From the NCBI GenBank assembly GCA_034723415.1, contig JAYEOX010000133.1, forward strand, positions 23,847 through 36,569: DNA of 12,723 nt. The letters run 5' to 3'. Below, one piece after another: positions 1-8,554 of the stretch (positions are counted from its first letter, which is position 1; the number at the start of each line of letters is the position of its first letter). The notes beneath the pieces were generated by a model. The model saw only the letters and a program-made list of their open reading frames with translations. It was not told the DNA's origin and searched no databases. The position numbers were made by a program, and so were the translations under genes. This DNA comes from Fidelibacterota bacterium. GTDB taxonomy: Bacteria; Fidelibacterota; Fidelibacteria; Fidelibacterales; Fidelibacteraceae.

Positions 1-2385
1 ATGAAAAAATATCACGGAGAAAATGCAAAAATAAACGGAGACGAAATCTCACTTCATTACCATACTTTTAAATGGACTGACTATAATAAAGATGGTTTTT
101 CCTTTTGGAATCAGTCACTGTCGTTTATGGAATGTTACGATGATTTTAATTTTACACTTGCACAATTTCTAATTGAAGAAGAGATATTCCCGGTTTCATT
201 TAGAAGCGGGTGGCATTATATGGATAATGACTGGCAACATTATTTAAATGAACTTTTGCCTTATAGTATGCACAATGCTTGGCCAAGTAAAAGAGTTGAT
301 GAAGTGGAACCGTTGGATAACACTTATGATTGGTCGCTCGCTCCGGAAGAATTCGTTCCATATCATCCTGCTGTTGACAATTATCAAATTCCCGGAAACA
401 GCCCCGGATGGGATCTTCGTTCTGCTCATTTAAATCAGTTTAAATGGAGTAGTTTAATGAATGATATGTTTCAAGAAGCAAATTCAGGTAATGATCAAAT
501 GGCATGTATTTGGGGACATTTACCCGAAACAAATTTCATTGAAAATATTGTAGTAATTGATAGTTTAGCACATAAATCAGCACAAAAATATCCGGATGTA
601 AAATTTAAATATTGCACAGCAATTGAAGCAATGCAACTATGGCAAGGGAATGTTGACACAATTCCACCAGTTGTAAATATTACCGAAATTGAATCCGGTA
701 ATAATATAACACTTCAAATCTCTACTGATGAACAAATATTCCAAAAACAGCCGTTTGTTGCTGTAAAAGATATTTACGAAAGATATTATTTAGCTGATTG
801 TAATTCAACAGGACAAAATTCTTGGGAGACAACAACTTCTCTGCCTAAAGATGAAATAGCAAAAATCGGCATTGCAGTATGTGATACTTTAGGAAATCAG
901 ACACTAGCATATGTGGAATATCTATCTGACGATATTTACATTGATAATCTTGATGATGAATGCGTTGAAGTATCCGGTAATTGGTCAACAAGTTCAAATT
1001 GCTCTTGGGGAACAGATTCAAAAATTGCAGAAATTAATCCGAATGAATCTGCTGTTATAAAATACTATCCAAATATTACTCAAACCGGATTATACAATAC
1101 TTTATTTCAAATTCCTGATGTAAATAATTTATCTGAAAAGATCACATTTAAGATCTTCAATAATAGTGTATGCGTTGATACAATATTTTTTACATCTCAA
1201 ATCCCTTCGAATAAATGGATTTATATTTCTACAAATAATTTAACAAATAGCGGAAATAATTACATTGAAGTAAAATTCGAAGGAGCTGAAACAGGTATAA
1301 AAAAGGGAGTTGCAGATGTAATCAAAGTATCTTCTTTGATCAGAGATCGTAGTTTAGAAATTGAAGATTCACCGGTAAAATTAGGAAGAGTAAGTGCAAG
1401 TGATTCATTACATTTTAACATCGAGTTTTCTAACAGAGGAATCAATGATCTCACTATTCAAAATATAAAATCTAAAATAGGAGTAATCACCACATCAGTA
1501 AATTTACCGATCATAATACCGCCAATGAGTAATATCAATATTCCATTTATTTTTTATTCAGACAAAAGAGGAAGTATTAATGAAAATTTACTCATTGTAA
1601 GCAATGATCCCTTAACACCTCGTTATTTAATTCCTGTAGAAGCAAATGTAACATCTTATTTTGTCATTATTGACAATGAAGATTCTCTCAATTATTCTGA
1701 AAATGGAAACTGGTTTTACAGTGTTGCACAAGCAAATGGTCCGTCAAGTAGATACGCATGGTTAAACCAAAATTCATCGGCTAGTTTTTTCACAAAGTTA
1801 AAATCGAATGGAATTTATGAAATATCTGAAATTGTTCCCACAACGGTGAATGCTTCTAATAATGTACTGTATGAAATTTGGATTGGAGATAAAATTGTAG
1901 ATTCTATTCATGTTAATCAAAATGATGGTAGTGGAGGTTGGGTTTCACTTTGGGAAAAATCTATACCTGCCAATACTGAGGTAGAAATAAAAGTCATCGA
2001 TACCGGACTTAGCACGGTAAATGGAGTTCTTAGAGCCGATGCAATTCTTTTTGAACTCATTCAAGAAATATCAGAGTTTGATGAAGAAAATGAAAATAAT
2101 TTAATTTCCGATTTTAAACTGAACCAAAATTATCCAAATCCATTCAATCCGACAACAACTATTCAATATCAATTGCCAAAAGTTTCTGATGTAAAAATTA
2201 CAATTTACAATATACTTGGTGAAAAAATACATGAATGGAATATTGATAAACAAAATGCCGGAACATATTCAGTTGTCTGGGATGGCTTAGATAAAAATGA
2301 TAGAATTGTAAGTTCTGGAACATATATTTACAAAATTACTGCAGGTGAATTTACAGATAGTAAAAAATTAGTCTTTCTTAAATAA
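1..2385 (+). CDS. Secreted multidomain protein: polysaccharide-deacetylase-like N-terminal region, two golvesin/Xly CBM-like repeats flanking an Ig-like (ASH/choice-of-anchor D-like) domain, C-terminal T9SS type A / FlgD-Ig sorting domain; probably 5'-truncated
   Basis: 794 aa ORF. The C-terminus FKLNQNYPNPFNPTTTIQYQLP...IYNILGE...WDGLD...SSGTYIYKI...SKKLVFLK is the typical FCB sorting tail. Two repeats start I(Y/I)DN and end ADxI (about 931-1332 and 1663-2061). GDEISLHYH and FRSGW lie near the N-terminus. No signal peptide at residue 1, which is at the window edge, so the true start is likely upstream. Confidence 0.8.
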   Translation: MKKYHGENAKINGDEISLHYHTFKWTDYNKDGFSFWNQSLSFMECYDDFNFTLAQFLIEEEIFPVSFRSGWHYMDNDWQHYLNELLPYSMHNAWPSKRVDEVEPLDNTYDWSLAPEEFVPYHPAVDNYQIPGNSPGWDLRSAHLNQFKWSSLMNDMFQEANSGNDQMACIWGHLPETNFIENIVVIDSLAHKSAQKYPDVKFKYCTAIEAMQLWQGNVDTIPPVVNITEIESGNNITLQISTDEQIFQKQPFVAVKDIYERYYLADCNSTGQNSWETTTSLPKDEIAKIGIAVCDTLGNQTLAYVEYLSDDIYIDNLDDECVEVSGNWSTSSNCSWGTDSKIAEINPNESAVIKYYPNITQTGLYNTLFQIPDVNNLSEKITFKIFNNSVCVDTIFFTSQIPSNKWIYISTNNLTNSGNNYIEVKFEGAETGIKKGVADVIKVSSLIRDRSLEIEDSPVKLGRVSASDSLHFNIEFSNRGINDLTIQNIKSKIGVITTSVNLPIIIPPMSNINIPFIFYSDKRGSINENLLIVSNDPLTPRYLIPVEANVTSYFVIIDNEDSLNYSENGNWFYSVAQANGPSSRYAWLNQNSSASFFTKLKSNGIYEISEIVPTTVNASNNVLYEIWIGDKIVDSIHVNQNDGSGGWVSLWEKSIPANTEVEIKVIDTGLSTVNGVLRADAILFELIQEISEFDEENENNLISDFKLNQNYPNPFNPTTTIQYQLPKVSDVKITIYNILGEKIHEWNIDKQNAGTYSVVWDGLDKNDRIVSSGTYIYKITAGEFTDSKKLVFLK

Positions 2386-2423
2386 AATAAAAAAACATTT
2401 ATCATAAAATTCTTTTCTATATT

Positions 2424-2459
2424 AAACTTCCGAAGTTCCCAAAACTTCGGAAGTTTTTT
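2424..2459. terminator. Perfect 14-bp inverted repeat between convergent genes; likely intrinsic terminator and/or REP-like element
   Basis: AAACTTCCGAAGTT (2424-2437), 5-nt loop CCCAA, AACTTCGGAAGTTT (2443-2456), with a T6 run at 2454-2459 on +. It sits between the stop codons at 2385 and 2463. Confidence 0.75.
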
Positions 2460-2462
2460 ATA

Positions 2463-2780
2463 TTATTTATCAAAAAATTCTTTTTGAATCACCTTTTGTG
2501 CAATTCTGCTGCTTGGTCCATCGCCCCTCGCAACATTGACAGATACTTTACCATCAAGTGCCTGAAATAACTCTGCAACATCACTATGTGAAAAACCCGG
2601 ACAAAGCATAATTGCATCTATCTTCTCATTTATATAGAAATCTTTGGAAACTTTAACAGCTTCCTCTTGCGATCTTACAACAAATGTCCAAAGTTTATAC
2701 TTCCCCGTGTCAATAATGCTTTTATGTTTTTCATAATCTGCATCGGGAGCATGAGCTATAAATAATGATTTAAATGCCAT
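2463..2780 (-). CDS. Small conserved protein, DUF6506-like family
   Basis: 105 aa. Pattern FIAHAPDADYEKH...EEAVKV...IDAIMLCPGF matches my recollection of DUF6506 (hhLCxGF motif). GGAGG SD 5 nt before the ATG. Confidence 0.7.
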   Translation of the reverse strand: MAFKSLFIAHAPDADYEKHKSIIDTGKYKLWTFVVRSQEEAVKVSKDFYINEKIDAIMLCPGFSHSDVAELFQALDGKVSVNVARGDGPSSRIAQKVIQKEFFDK

Positions 2781-2785
2781 GGATT

Positions 2786-2790
2786 CCTCC
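2786..2790 (-). promoter_or_regulatory. Shine-Dalgarno site GGAGG for the DUF6506-like gene
   Basis: Minus strand reads GGAGG-AATCC-ATG. Confidence 0.8.
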
Positions 2791-2814
2791 TATTTATTTT
2801 CTAAATTTTCAAAC

Positions 2815-2842
2815 AAATTACCAAACCACCACTAAGAGTCAA
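2815..2842 (-). promoter_or_regulatory. Putative sigma70-type promoter for the DUF6506-like gene
   Basis: Minus strand TTGACT (2842-2837), 16-nt spacer ending TGG, then TAATTT (2820-2815); extended -10-like TGn. The AT-rich background lowers specificity. Confidence 0.45.
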
Positions 2843-3028
2843 TCTAATTTCTTTTTCACAAATATGTTTTTATGAAGTACTAAAAACAGTAGAATATTTT
2901 TTCTATCTTTCATTTTAGTATTTAATATATTTGTAATATTATCAAAAAAAATGGAGTGATTTGTTATGTGCTTTCTTAATTATTCTCAACATTACGTTTA
3001 ATCTTCAACAAACGGCGCTTCAACAACA

Positions 3029-3796
3029 TTAAAATATATAGGTTTTAAGAAGTGTTAAAATGCCTAATATACAAGTTATAATACCGATAACAATTTTTAA
3101 ATTTTTTTCATTAACTTTACTAACAGTGAACGCTGCTAAAGGACCTGCAACTATTGAACCTATACTCGTTGCAAAAGCAAGTTTCCAGAATATTGTACTT
3201 GTAAATAAATATCCAATAAAAGCAACAATACAAATTACAGTTTCTGCAATAGTGGTGACACCTACAGAATTTTTACTATTCCTGCCACTGATTAATTGTC
3301 CGCCTGTAACTAAAGGTCCATAACCTCCGCCACTGCTTCCTTTATTAAATGCTCCTAAAATCGCGATAAAAATCAGTTTGCTCCAGGAAGTTTTATCTTC
3401 ATTATTCCTTCTTATTATTATATATATGCCAATACAAAAAACCATCAGTCCTATGTAGGTTTTTAAATATATTGATGGAATATTGACTGCGAAAAACACA
3501 GCTATTAAAGCACCAATAATTCCGAAACCAGCCAGTATAAAGATCACTTTTGCATCATCAGATTTAAAACTATCAAGTTTTACATTTTTAAATCGGTAAT
3601 GGGATATACCTCCAAGAAATCCACCAACCATTTGTCCTAATAGAACAGCCGATACTACTTGTAAGGGCCCAAATCCCATTATTAAGAGTATAGGAGTAAG
3701 GCTAGTTCCGTATCCCATACCTATGGAAGCATCAATAAACTCACAGAATAGTGAGATAACAATGACACTTATAAATAAAATTAATGTAATTTCCAT
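3029..3796 (-). CDS. TauE/SafE (TSUP) family membrane transporter
   Basis: 255 aa, highly hydrophobic with about 8 TM segments. Duplicated glycine-rich motifs IDASIGMGYGTSLTPILL and GSSGGGYGPLVT are typical of the two halves of TSUP proteins. Confidence 0.88.
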   Translation of the reverse strand: MEITLILFISVIVISLFCEFIDASIGMGYGTSLTPILLIMGFGPLQVVSAVLLGQMVGGFLGGISHYRFKNVKLDSFKSDDAKVIFILAGFGIIGALIAVFFAVNIPSIYLKTYIGLMVFCIGIYIIIRRNNEDKTSWSKLIFIAILGAFNKGSSGGGYGPLVTGGQLISGRNSKNSVGVTTIAETVICIVAFIGYLFTSTIFWKLAFATSIGSIVAGPLAAFTVSKVNEKNLKIVIGIITCILGILTLLKTYIF

Positions 3797-3860
3797 CTAA
3801 ACCCCCATAAAATATTTTCTTACTATATTGTTCATTATCATTTTCCGATTATTTTTTGTA

Positions 3861-3889
3861 AAATTATTAAATTCATTATTTATTTTCAA
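3861..3889 (-). promoter_or_regulatory. Putative promoter upstream of the TauE/SafE gene
   Basis: Minus strand TTGAAA (3889-3884), N17, TAATTT (3866-3861) in a 154-bp very AT-rich intergenic region. Confidence 0.3.
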
Positions 3890-3950
3890 GTTTATCTTAT
3901 TACATATAAAATTTACAACTATTTTCATTTACTTAAAAGAAAATATTCAT

Positions 3951-6020
3951 TCATTTTTTAATTTTCATACTGATCGCTAAACCACCACCGGCAGCTAATT
4001 CAAACTTCTTTGTCACCGTGCTGTTGATTACCAAATTTTCAATTACAATATCTGTAGGATTTTTATCCCAGTGTGCATCATTTCCATCTCTATAAATAAT
4101 TGCATCATATTCTTTATCATCATCAAGAAAATCAAAATTGATATTTATTGTGCGTGCTTCTTCATCTGTAATACTACCTAAAAACCAATTCCCGGTATAT
4201 TTTTCCTGTCTTGCAATAGTTACAAAATCGCCAATTTTGCCATTCAATATTTTTGATCTTTCCCAATCAACTCCGACATCTCTGATAAATTGAAAAGCAG
4301 GTTGATCTTTATAATTTTCAGGCAGATCACAAGCCATTTGAATTGGACTGTAAATTACAACATACAAAGCCAATTGTTTCGCTAGTGTTGTATTGACTTG
4401 ATTTTTATTTTTTGTGTTAAGCTTGATGTTGAAAACTCCGGGAGTAAAGTCAATCGGTCCGGCAAGCATTCGTGTAAAAGGAACAATTGTCAAATGCTCA
4501 GGTGGATTTCCTCCATCGGTTGCCCAAGCATTAAATTCCTGACCTCTTATTCCTTCTTGCGAAATAATATTCGGATATGTTCTCCTCAAACCTGTTGGTT
4601 TTATTGGTTCGTGAGCATCAACTGCTATATTATTTTTAGCTGCTTTTTCAATTACTTTTCTATAATGATTTACCATCCATTGCCCATGATGATATTCGCC
4701 TTTTGGTATTATACTTCCAACATATCCGGTTTTTACAGTGTTCATCCCAAGTTGTTTCATTAGTGAAAATGCAGAATCCAATTGTTTCTCATAAGTTCTT
4801 GGTGCAGCCGATGTCTCATTATGCATAATTATTCCAACACCTCTTTCTTTAGCATACCTAACTACTTCTTCAATATCATAATCCGGATATGGAGTAACAA
4901 AATCAAACACACCTTCCCTATTGTCAAATCCTATCCAATGTTCCCAACCGGTATTCCAACCTTCAACCAATAATCCCGTGATATTATTTTTTGATGCAAA
5001 ATCAATATATCGTTTTGCATTTTTTGTCGTAGCTCCATGTTTCCCACTAGCCAAATCCCAGCTTGATTTTCCAATATGCATTTCCCACCAGATTCCCATA
5101 TATTTTTTTGGTTTGAACCATGCTACATCACCCAATTTATTTGGTTCATTTAGATTTACAATTAATTTTGAGTCAATCAAATCAGTTGCTTTTTCATTTA
5201 TTTGAATCGTTCGCCACGGTGTTTTAAAAGGAAGTTTTCGTTTCACTTTATATTCAATTCTATCAGATCCTACCAACTTACTTGTCATTGATAAATTTTT
5301 TCTATCTATTTTGAGTGTCATACCTGAATAATTTGTCAAATTCGCTTCGTGAAAACTCAAATATAATCCGTTTTGTGTCTTCATAGTTATTGGTGTATTA
5401 ACTGCATTATTTGGTATATATGTTGCATTAAGATCTTTATGATTTCGTTTTGAAATTGCATCGATTCCAGAAAATGTTGTAGTATTATACAAATGTTCAT
5501 AACTATCCCAATCGCCGGGAATCCACCAGCAAGTATGATCTCCAGTCAATTTAAATTGGGTGTTTTCACTCATAATAAAAATTGAATCTACTTTTTTCTG
5601 TTCAGGAAATTCATATCGAAATCCTATTCCATCGTCATAAGCTCTAAAATAAATATTCATTAAATTTTCATTTTTTTGAAGTTTTATGATCATTTCATTA
5701 TAGTGGTTTACAACTTTTCTTTGTTCTCCCCAAGGCATTTCCCAAATTTCATTTTTTTCATTCCGACTAACCTCAATTATTTTAAATTCCTCATTAAAAG
5801 ATCGTAAATTTTTTAGATCAAAACCCATTGAAGAAGTATCAATTATTGTTTGATCTTTATGTTTTATAGAATAATTAGGTGAACCGTTTTCTTTTAGGAA
5901 AAAATTAATGGAAATATTTCCCGATGGCGAGGATACAACCTCTGCAGATGTCTTGTTCATAAATGCACACTCCAAAATAAAAGTTAATATTATTATTGAG
6001 AATAGTTTCGTTTTATTCAT
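3951..6020 (-). CDS. Glycoside hydrolase family 97 (SusB-like), inverting alpha-glucosidase type, with probable signal peptide
   Basis: 689 aa. GH97 motifs FRAYDDGIGFRY, KTPWRTIQI, PKKYMGIWWEMH, LLVEGWN, IIMHNET, VKTGY (Gly rather than the Asp nucleophile of retaining members), VDAHE, EGIRGQE, PFTRMLAGPIDFTPG, YSPIQMACD. N-terminus is basic then hydrophobic, with a possible TSA/E cleavage site. Confidence 0.95.
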   Translation of the reverse strand: MNKTKLFSIIILTFILECAFMNKTSAEVVSSPSGNISINFFLKENGSPNYSIKHKDQTIIDTSSMGFDLKNLRSFNEEFKIIEVSRNEKNEIWEMPWGEQRKVVNHYNEMIIKLQKNENLMNIYFRAYDDGIGFRYEFPEQKKVDSIFIMSENTQFKLTGDHTCWWIPGDWDSYEHLYNTTTFSGIDAISKRNHKDLNATYIPNNAVNTPITMKTQNGLYLSFHEANLTNYSGMTLKIDRKNLSMTSKLVGSDRIEYKVKRKLPFKTPWRTIQINEKATDLIDSKLIVNLNEPNKLGDVAWFKPKKYMGIWWEMHIGKSSWDLASGKHGATTKNAKRYIDFASKNNITGLLVEGWNTGWEHWIGFDNREGVFDFVTPYPDYDIEEVVRYAKERGVGIIMHNETSAAPRTYEKQLDSAFSLMKQLGMNTVKTGYVGSIIPKGEYHHGQWMVNHYRKVIEKAAKNNIAVDAHEPIKPTGLRRTYPNIISQEGIRGQEFNAWATDGGNPPEHLTIVPFTRMLAGPIDFTPGVFNIKLNTKNKNQVNTTLAKQLALYVVIYSPIQMACDLPENYKDQPAFQFIRDVGVDWERSKILNGKIGDFVTIARQEKYTGNWFLGSITDEEARTININFDFLDDDKEYDAIIYRDGNDAHWDKNPTDIVIENLVINSTVTKKFELAAGGGLAISMKIKK

Positions 6021-7170
6021 TATTTTCCTTTCTCTTTATATACTCACAAACTTCTTCCATTCTTTTTGTTACAAGCTTCGATGCATTTTTTATTGCTTCT
6101 TTTACATTAATCTTTGAATTACATATAGAAAATATCTTCTCCAAATTCATTTTACTCAATAATCCTTCTTCATCTTCAACAATACCGGCTATAGCTATCA
6201 CGGGAATATTATTTTCATTTGCAATTCTTAAAATTCCTGAAATCGTTTTTCCACTTACTGTTTGAATATCCAATTTTCCTTCACCGGTGATTATGTAATC
6301 TGTATCTTTTACTTTTTCATCAAACTTTACAATATCCAGAACAATCTCAATTCCACTTTGAATTTTTGCTCCTAAAAAGACCATTAATCCGGCACCAAGT
6401 CCGCCTGAAGCACCGGCTCCGGAAATATTTTTTACATTCACGCCTAACTTATTTTCTACTAATTTATAAAAGTGTCGCATATTATTTTCTAAAATAGGTA
6501 GATCATTTTTAGAAGCGCCTTTTTGAGAAGCATAAACATGGACAGCGCCATTTTTCCCAAATAGAAGATTATTTACATCAGATGCAATTGTAAAATCACT
6601 ATCTTTAACTGCGGGATGTAAATTCTCAGTTGAAATGTCGGAGCATTTCCCCATTAGATCACCGGTCATTGGTTCACTAATGATTTCTCCGTTTTTATCA
6701 AAAAAATCAACTCCCAATGCCTGTGCCATTCCTGCTCCCCCATCTGTAGTTGCAGAACCGCCGATACTAATGATAAATTTTCTGTATCCATTTTCAAGAG
6801 CATTTTTTATTAATTGACCGGTTCCATAAGTTGTGGTATAAAGTGGATTTTGTAATTTTTGTGGAATCAAATTTAATCCTGAAGCCGCCGCCATTTCTAT
6901 CACTGCAATTTTTTCATCTTCAATTATTCCATATTGAGAATTGATGATCTTTCCTACCGGATTTTTTACCTTACAATTAACAATTTTTCCATTTACAGAA
7001 GAAATGATTGCAACTAAAGTTCCTTCACCACCATCGGCTAACGGAATATTTATAATTTTCGCATCAGGAAAAATTTTATTTATTCCAGATTTCATAGCAA
7101 AACAAACTTCAGGAGAACTCAAACTTCCTTTAAACGAATCCGGCGATAATATAAATTTTAATGGTTTCAT
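6013..7170 (-). CDS. glxK: Glycerate kinase (class I, GlxK/GarK family)
   Basis: 385 aa. PDSFKGSL, PLADGGEGT, IEMAAASGL, TTYGTGQLI, GGSATTDGGAGM, GAGASGGLG, ITGEGKLD motifs. Overlaps the GH97 start by 8 nt. Confidence 0.95.
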   Translation of the reverse strand: MKPLKFILSPDSFKGSLSSPEVCFAMKSGINKIFPDAKIINIPLADGGEGTLVAIISSVNGKIVNCKVKNPVGKIINSQYGIIEDEKIAVIEMAAASGLNLIPQKLQNPLYTTTYGTGQLIKNALENGYRKFIISIGGSATTDGGAGMAQALGVDFFDKNGEIISEPMTGDLMGKCSDISTENLHPAVKDSDFTIASDVNNLLFGKNGAVHVYASQKGASKNDLPILENNMRHFYKLVENKLGVNVKNISGAGASGGLGAGLMVFLGAKIQSGIEIVLDIVKFDEKVKDTDYIITGEGKLDIQTVSGKTISGILRIANENNIPVIAIAGIVEDEEGLLSKMNLEKIFSICNSKINVKEAIKNASKLVTKRMEEVCEYIKRKENNE

Positions 7171-7171
7171 T

Positions 7172-8503
7172 TTATAGTGGAATTTTTGCTTGTTTATTGA
7201 ATTTTCTCCAAGCTGACTTATGTAATAATTTTTGTCTATTTTTACTTTTGCTATTCTTTATTAATTTTAACCAATCATCTTCTGCATTCTTGCTATCTAT
7301 AAAACATTGATCGGATATTTTTTTTCGTTCATCTTTTGAACTTTTCAAATTTGACAATGCAGAATTAATAAATTTTTCTTCTAAACCATCACGCTTTTTC
7401 GCAAATAATGGATGAAATGTCTGATAATCTTTTATTACATTTCTATGTAAAATTTCATGCTGCCAGAATAAACTTGTATCATCATAAATCCCCGATGGGT
7501 TCTGTCCCATTTTCGGCAATTCAACATCTGTCCATACCGGTTTAAAAATCCCCGTACAAGGTGCAGCTGTTGCAGTTACAAAATTTAACGGATTTTCAGA
7601 ATGGAGATAAGAAACAAAGGAACTAACAGTTTGACTAATTCTAATTGGACCGTTACTAGCATGCATACAGACATTTGCTCCTGATATTTTTTCATCCGGT
7701 CGCCAATTATTTGATCCATTATCTCCGTGATCGCGAAGAATTAAAAAAACATCCTTTATTGATATATTCTGTTTTTTTGATCTTAATAATTCCATTGTTC
7801 TATTTCGTCGATTATGAGAACCGCTAAATTTAGTAAATATATAATCTGAAAAAATTTTAGCAAAATCAAAATCATTTTCACTTTTACAATATCCTTTATT
7901 GATAGCATAATTTACAAGATCATTTGAGATCAAATCCCAATCGTTGTGAATCGTCAAACAATTTGAAATCGAATAAACATTCTTAATTTTCTTGGCTATC
8001 CAATGTTTCCCGGCTGTTTCAAGCACCCAGGAATCTTTAGGATCTGCAATAATAAAACTATTATGATAGTGTAATTTATGATTAAATCCACAATTGCCGC
8101 TTTGTCCATATTTTTCTAATAAATCTGTAATTACTGAAATTGCTTCTCTCGATGTTTTCGCTCTCTCTAAACCCAAACGAAGCAGATCCATACCAATTAA
8201 TGATTTTGATTTTTTATATTTAACTTTTGTGAATACGGCTTCATTTCCAATAGCAACTCCAAATTCATTCACACCCATTTCTGCTCCCCAAATCCAAAAT
8301 GGTTGTGAAATAACTATTGTATTTGTTCGTTTAACTTGAGGAATATTTATATAAGTACATTTTAAATTTTCATTTTCGGAATGATCTTTAGCGGGAATTT
8401 TAACTATTTTTTGAGCTTCATTTGGTTCACGATCAGAGTTTTTTGCGAAAATTATCGTTCCATCGAATGACATTTCAGAGGGAACTACAATGGTATCACA
8501 CAT
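7172..8503 (-). CDS. C69-family / secernin-like N-terminal nucleophile hydrolase
   Basis: 443 aa. Starts M-C-D-T (Cys2 as Ntn nucleophile). FAKNSDREPNEAQ, WIWGAEMGVNEFGVAIGNEAV, GMDLLRLGLER, YHNSFIIAD, SISNCL and CMH are secernin-like motifs. GGAG SD upstream. Confidence 0.9.
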   Translation of the reverse strand: MCDTIVVPSEMSFDGTIIFAKNSDREPNEAQKIVKIPAKDHSENENLKCTYINIPQVKRTNTIVISQPFWIWGAEMGVNEFGVAIGNEAVFTKVKYKKSKSLIGMDLLRLGLERAKTSREAISVITDLLEKYGQSGNCGFNHKLHYHNSFIIADPKDSWVLETAGKHWIAKKIKNVYSISNCLTIHNDWDLISNDLVNYAINKGYCKSENDFDFAKIFSDYIFTKFSGSHNRRNRTMELLRSKKQNISIKDVFLILRDHGDNGSNNWRPDEKISGANVCMHASNGPIRISQTVSSFVSYLHSENPLNFVTATAAPCTGIFKPVWTDVELPKMGQNPSGIYDDTSLFWQHEILHRNVIKDYQTFHPLFAKKRDGLEEKFINSALSNLKSSKDERKKISDQCFIDSKNAEDDWLKLIKNSKSKNRQKLLHKSAWRKFNKQAKIPL

Positions 8504-8554
8504 ATTTACTCCATTAAATAAAATTTCACAATTAATTAATATTATCTTTGAAAA

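Noticed and set aside
244..1454. Short alternative ORFs (244-429, 248-433, 1260-1454) inside the secreted-protein gene
   Set aside because: Fully overlap a well-supported CDS and show no recognisable motifs; shadow ORFs.
2952..2971. Minus-strand GCACATAACAAATCACTCCA downstream of the TauE gene, resembling the left end of an integron attC site
   Set aside because: It runs straight into a T-tract, with no complementary right arm or GTTRRRY core visible and no integrase in the window. At most a relic, possibly chance.
3003..3026. 9-bp direct repeat CTTCAACAA x2 separated by 6 nt just after the TauE stop
   Set aside because: Only two short copies; too little to call a target-site duplication, operator or array.
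5946..6020. Cys18 in the GH97 leader as a possible lipobox (lspA is nearby), and MNKT appearing twice in the leader
   Set aside because: ILEC has Glu at -1, which does not fit a lipobox. The two MNKT stretches use different codons, so this is not a DNA duplication.
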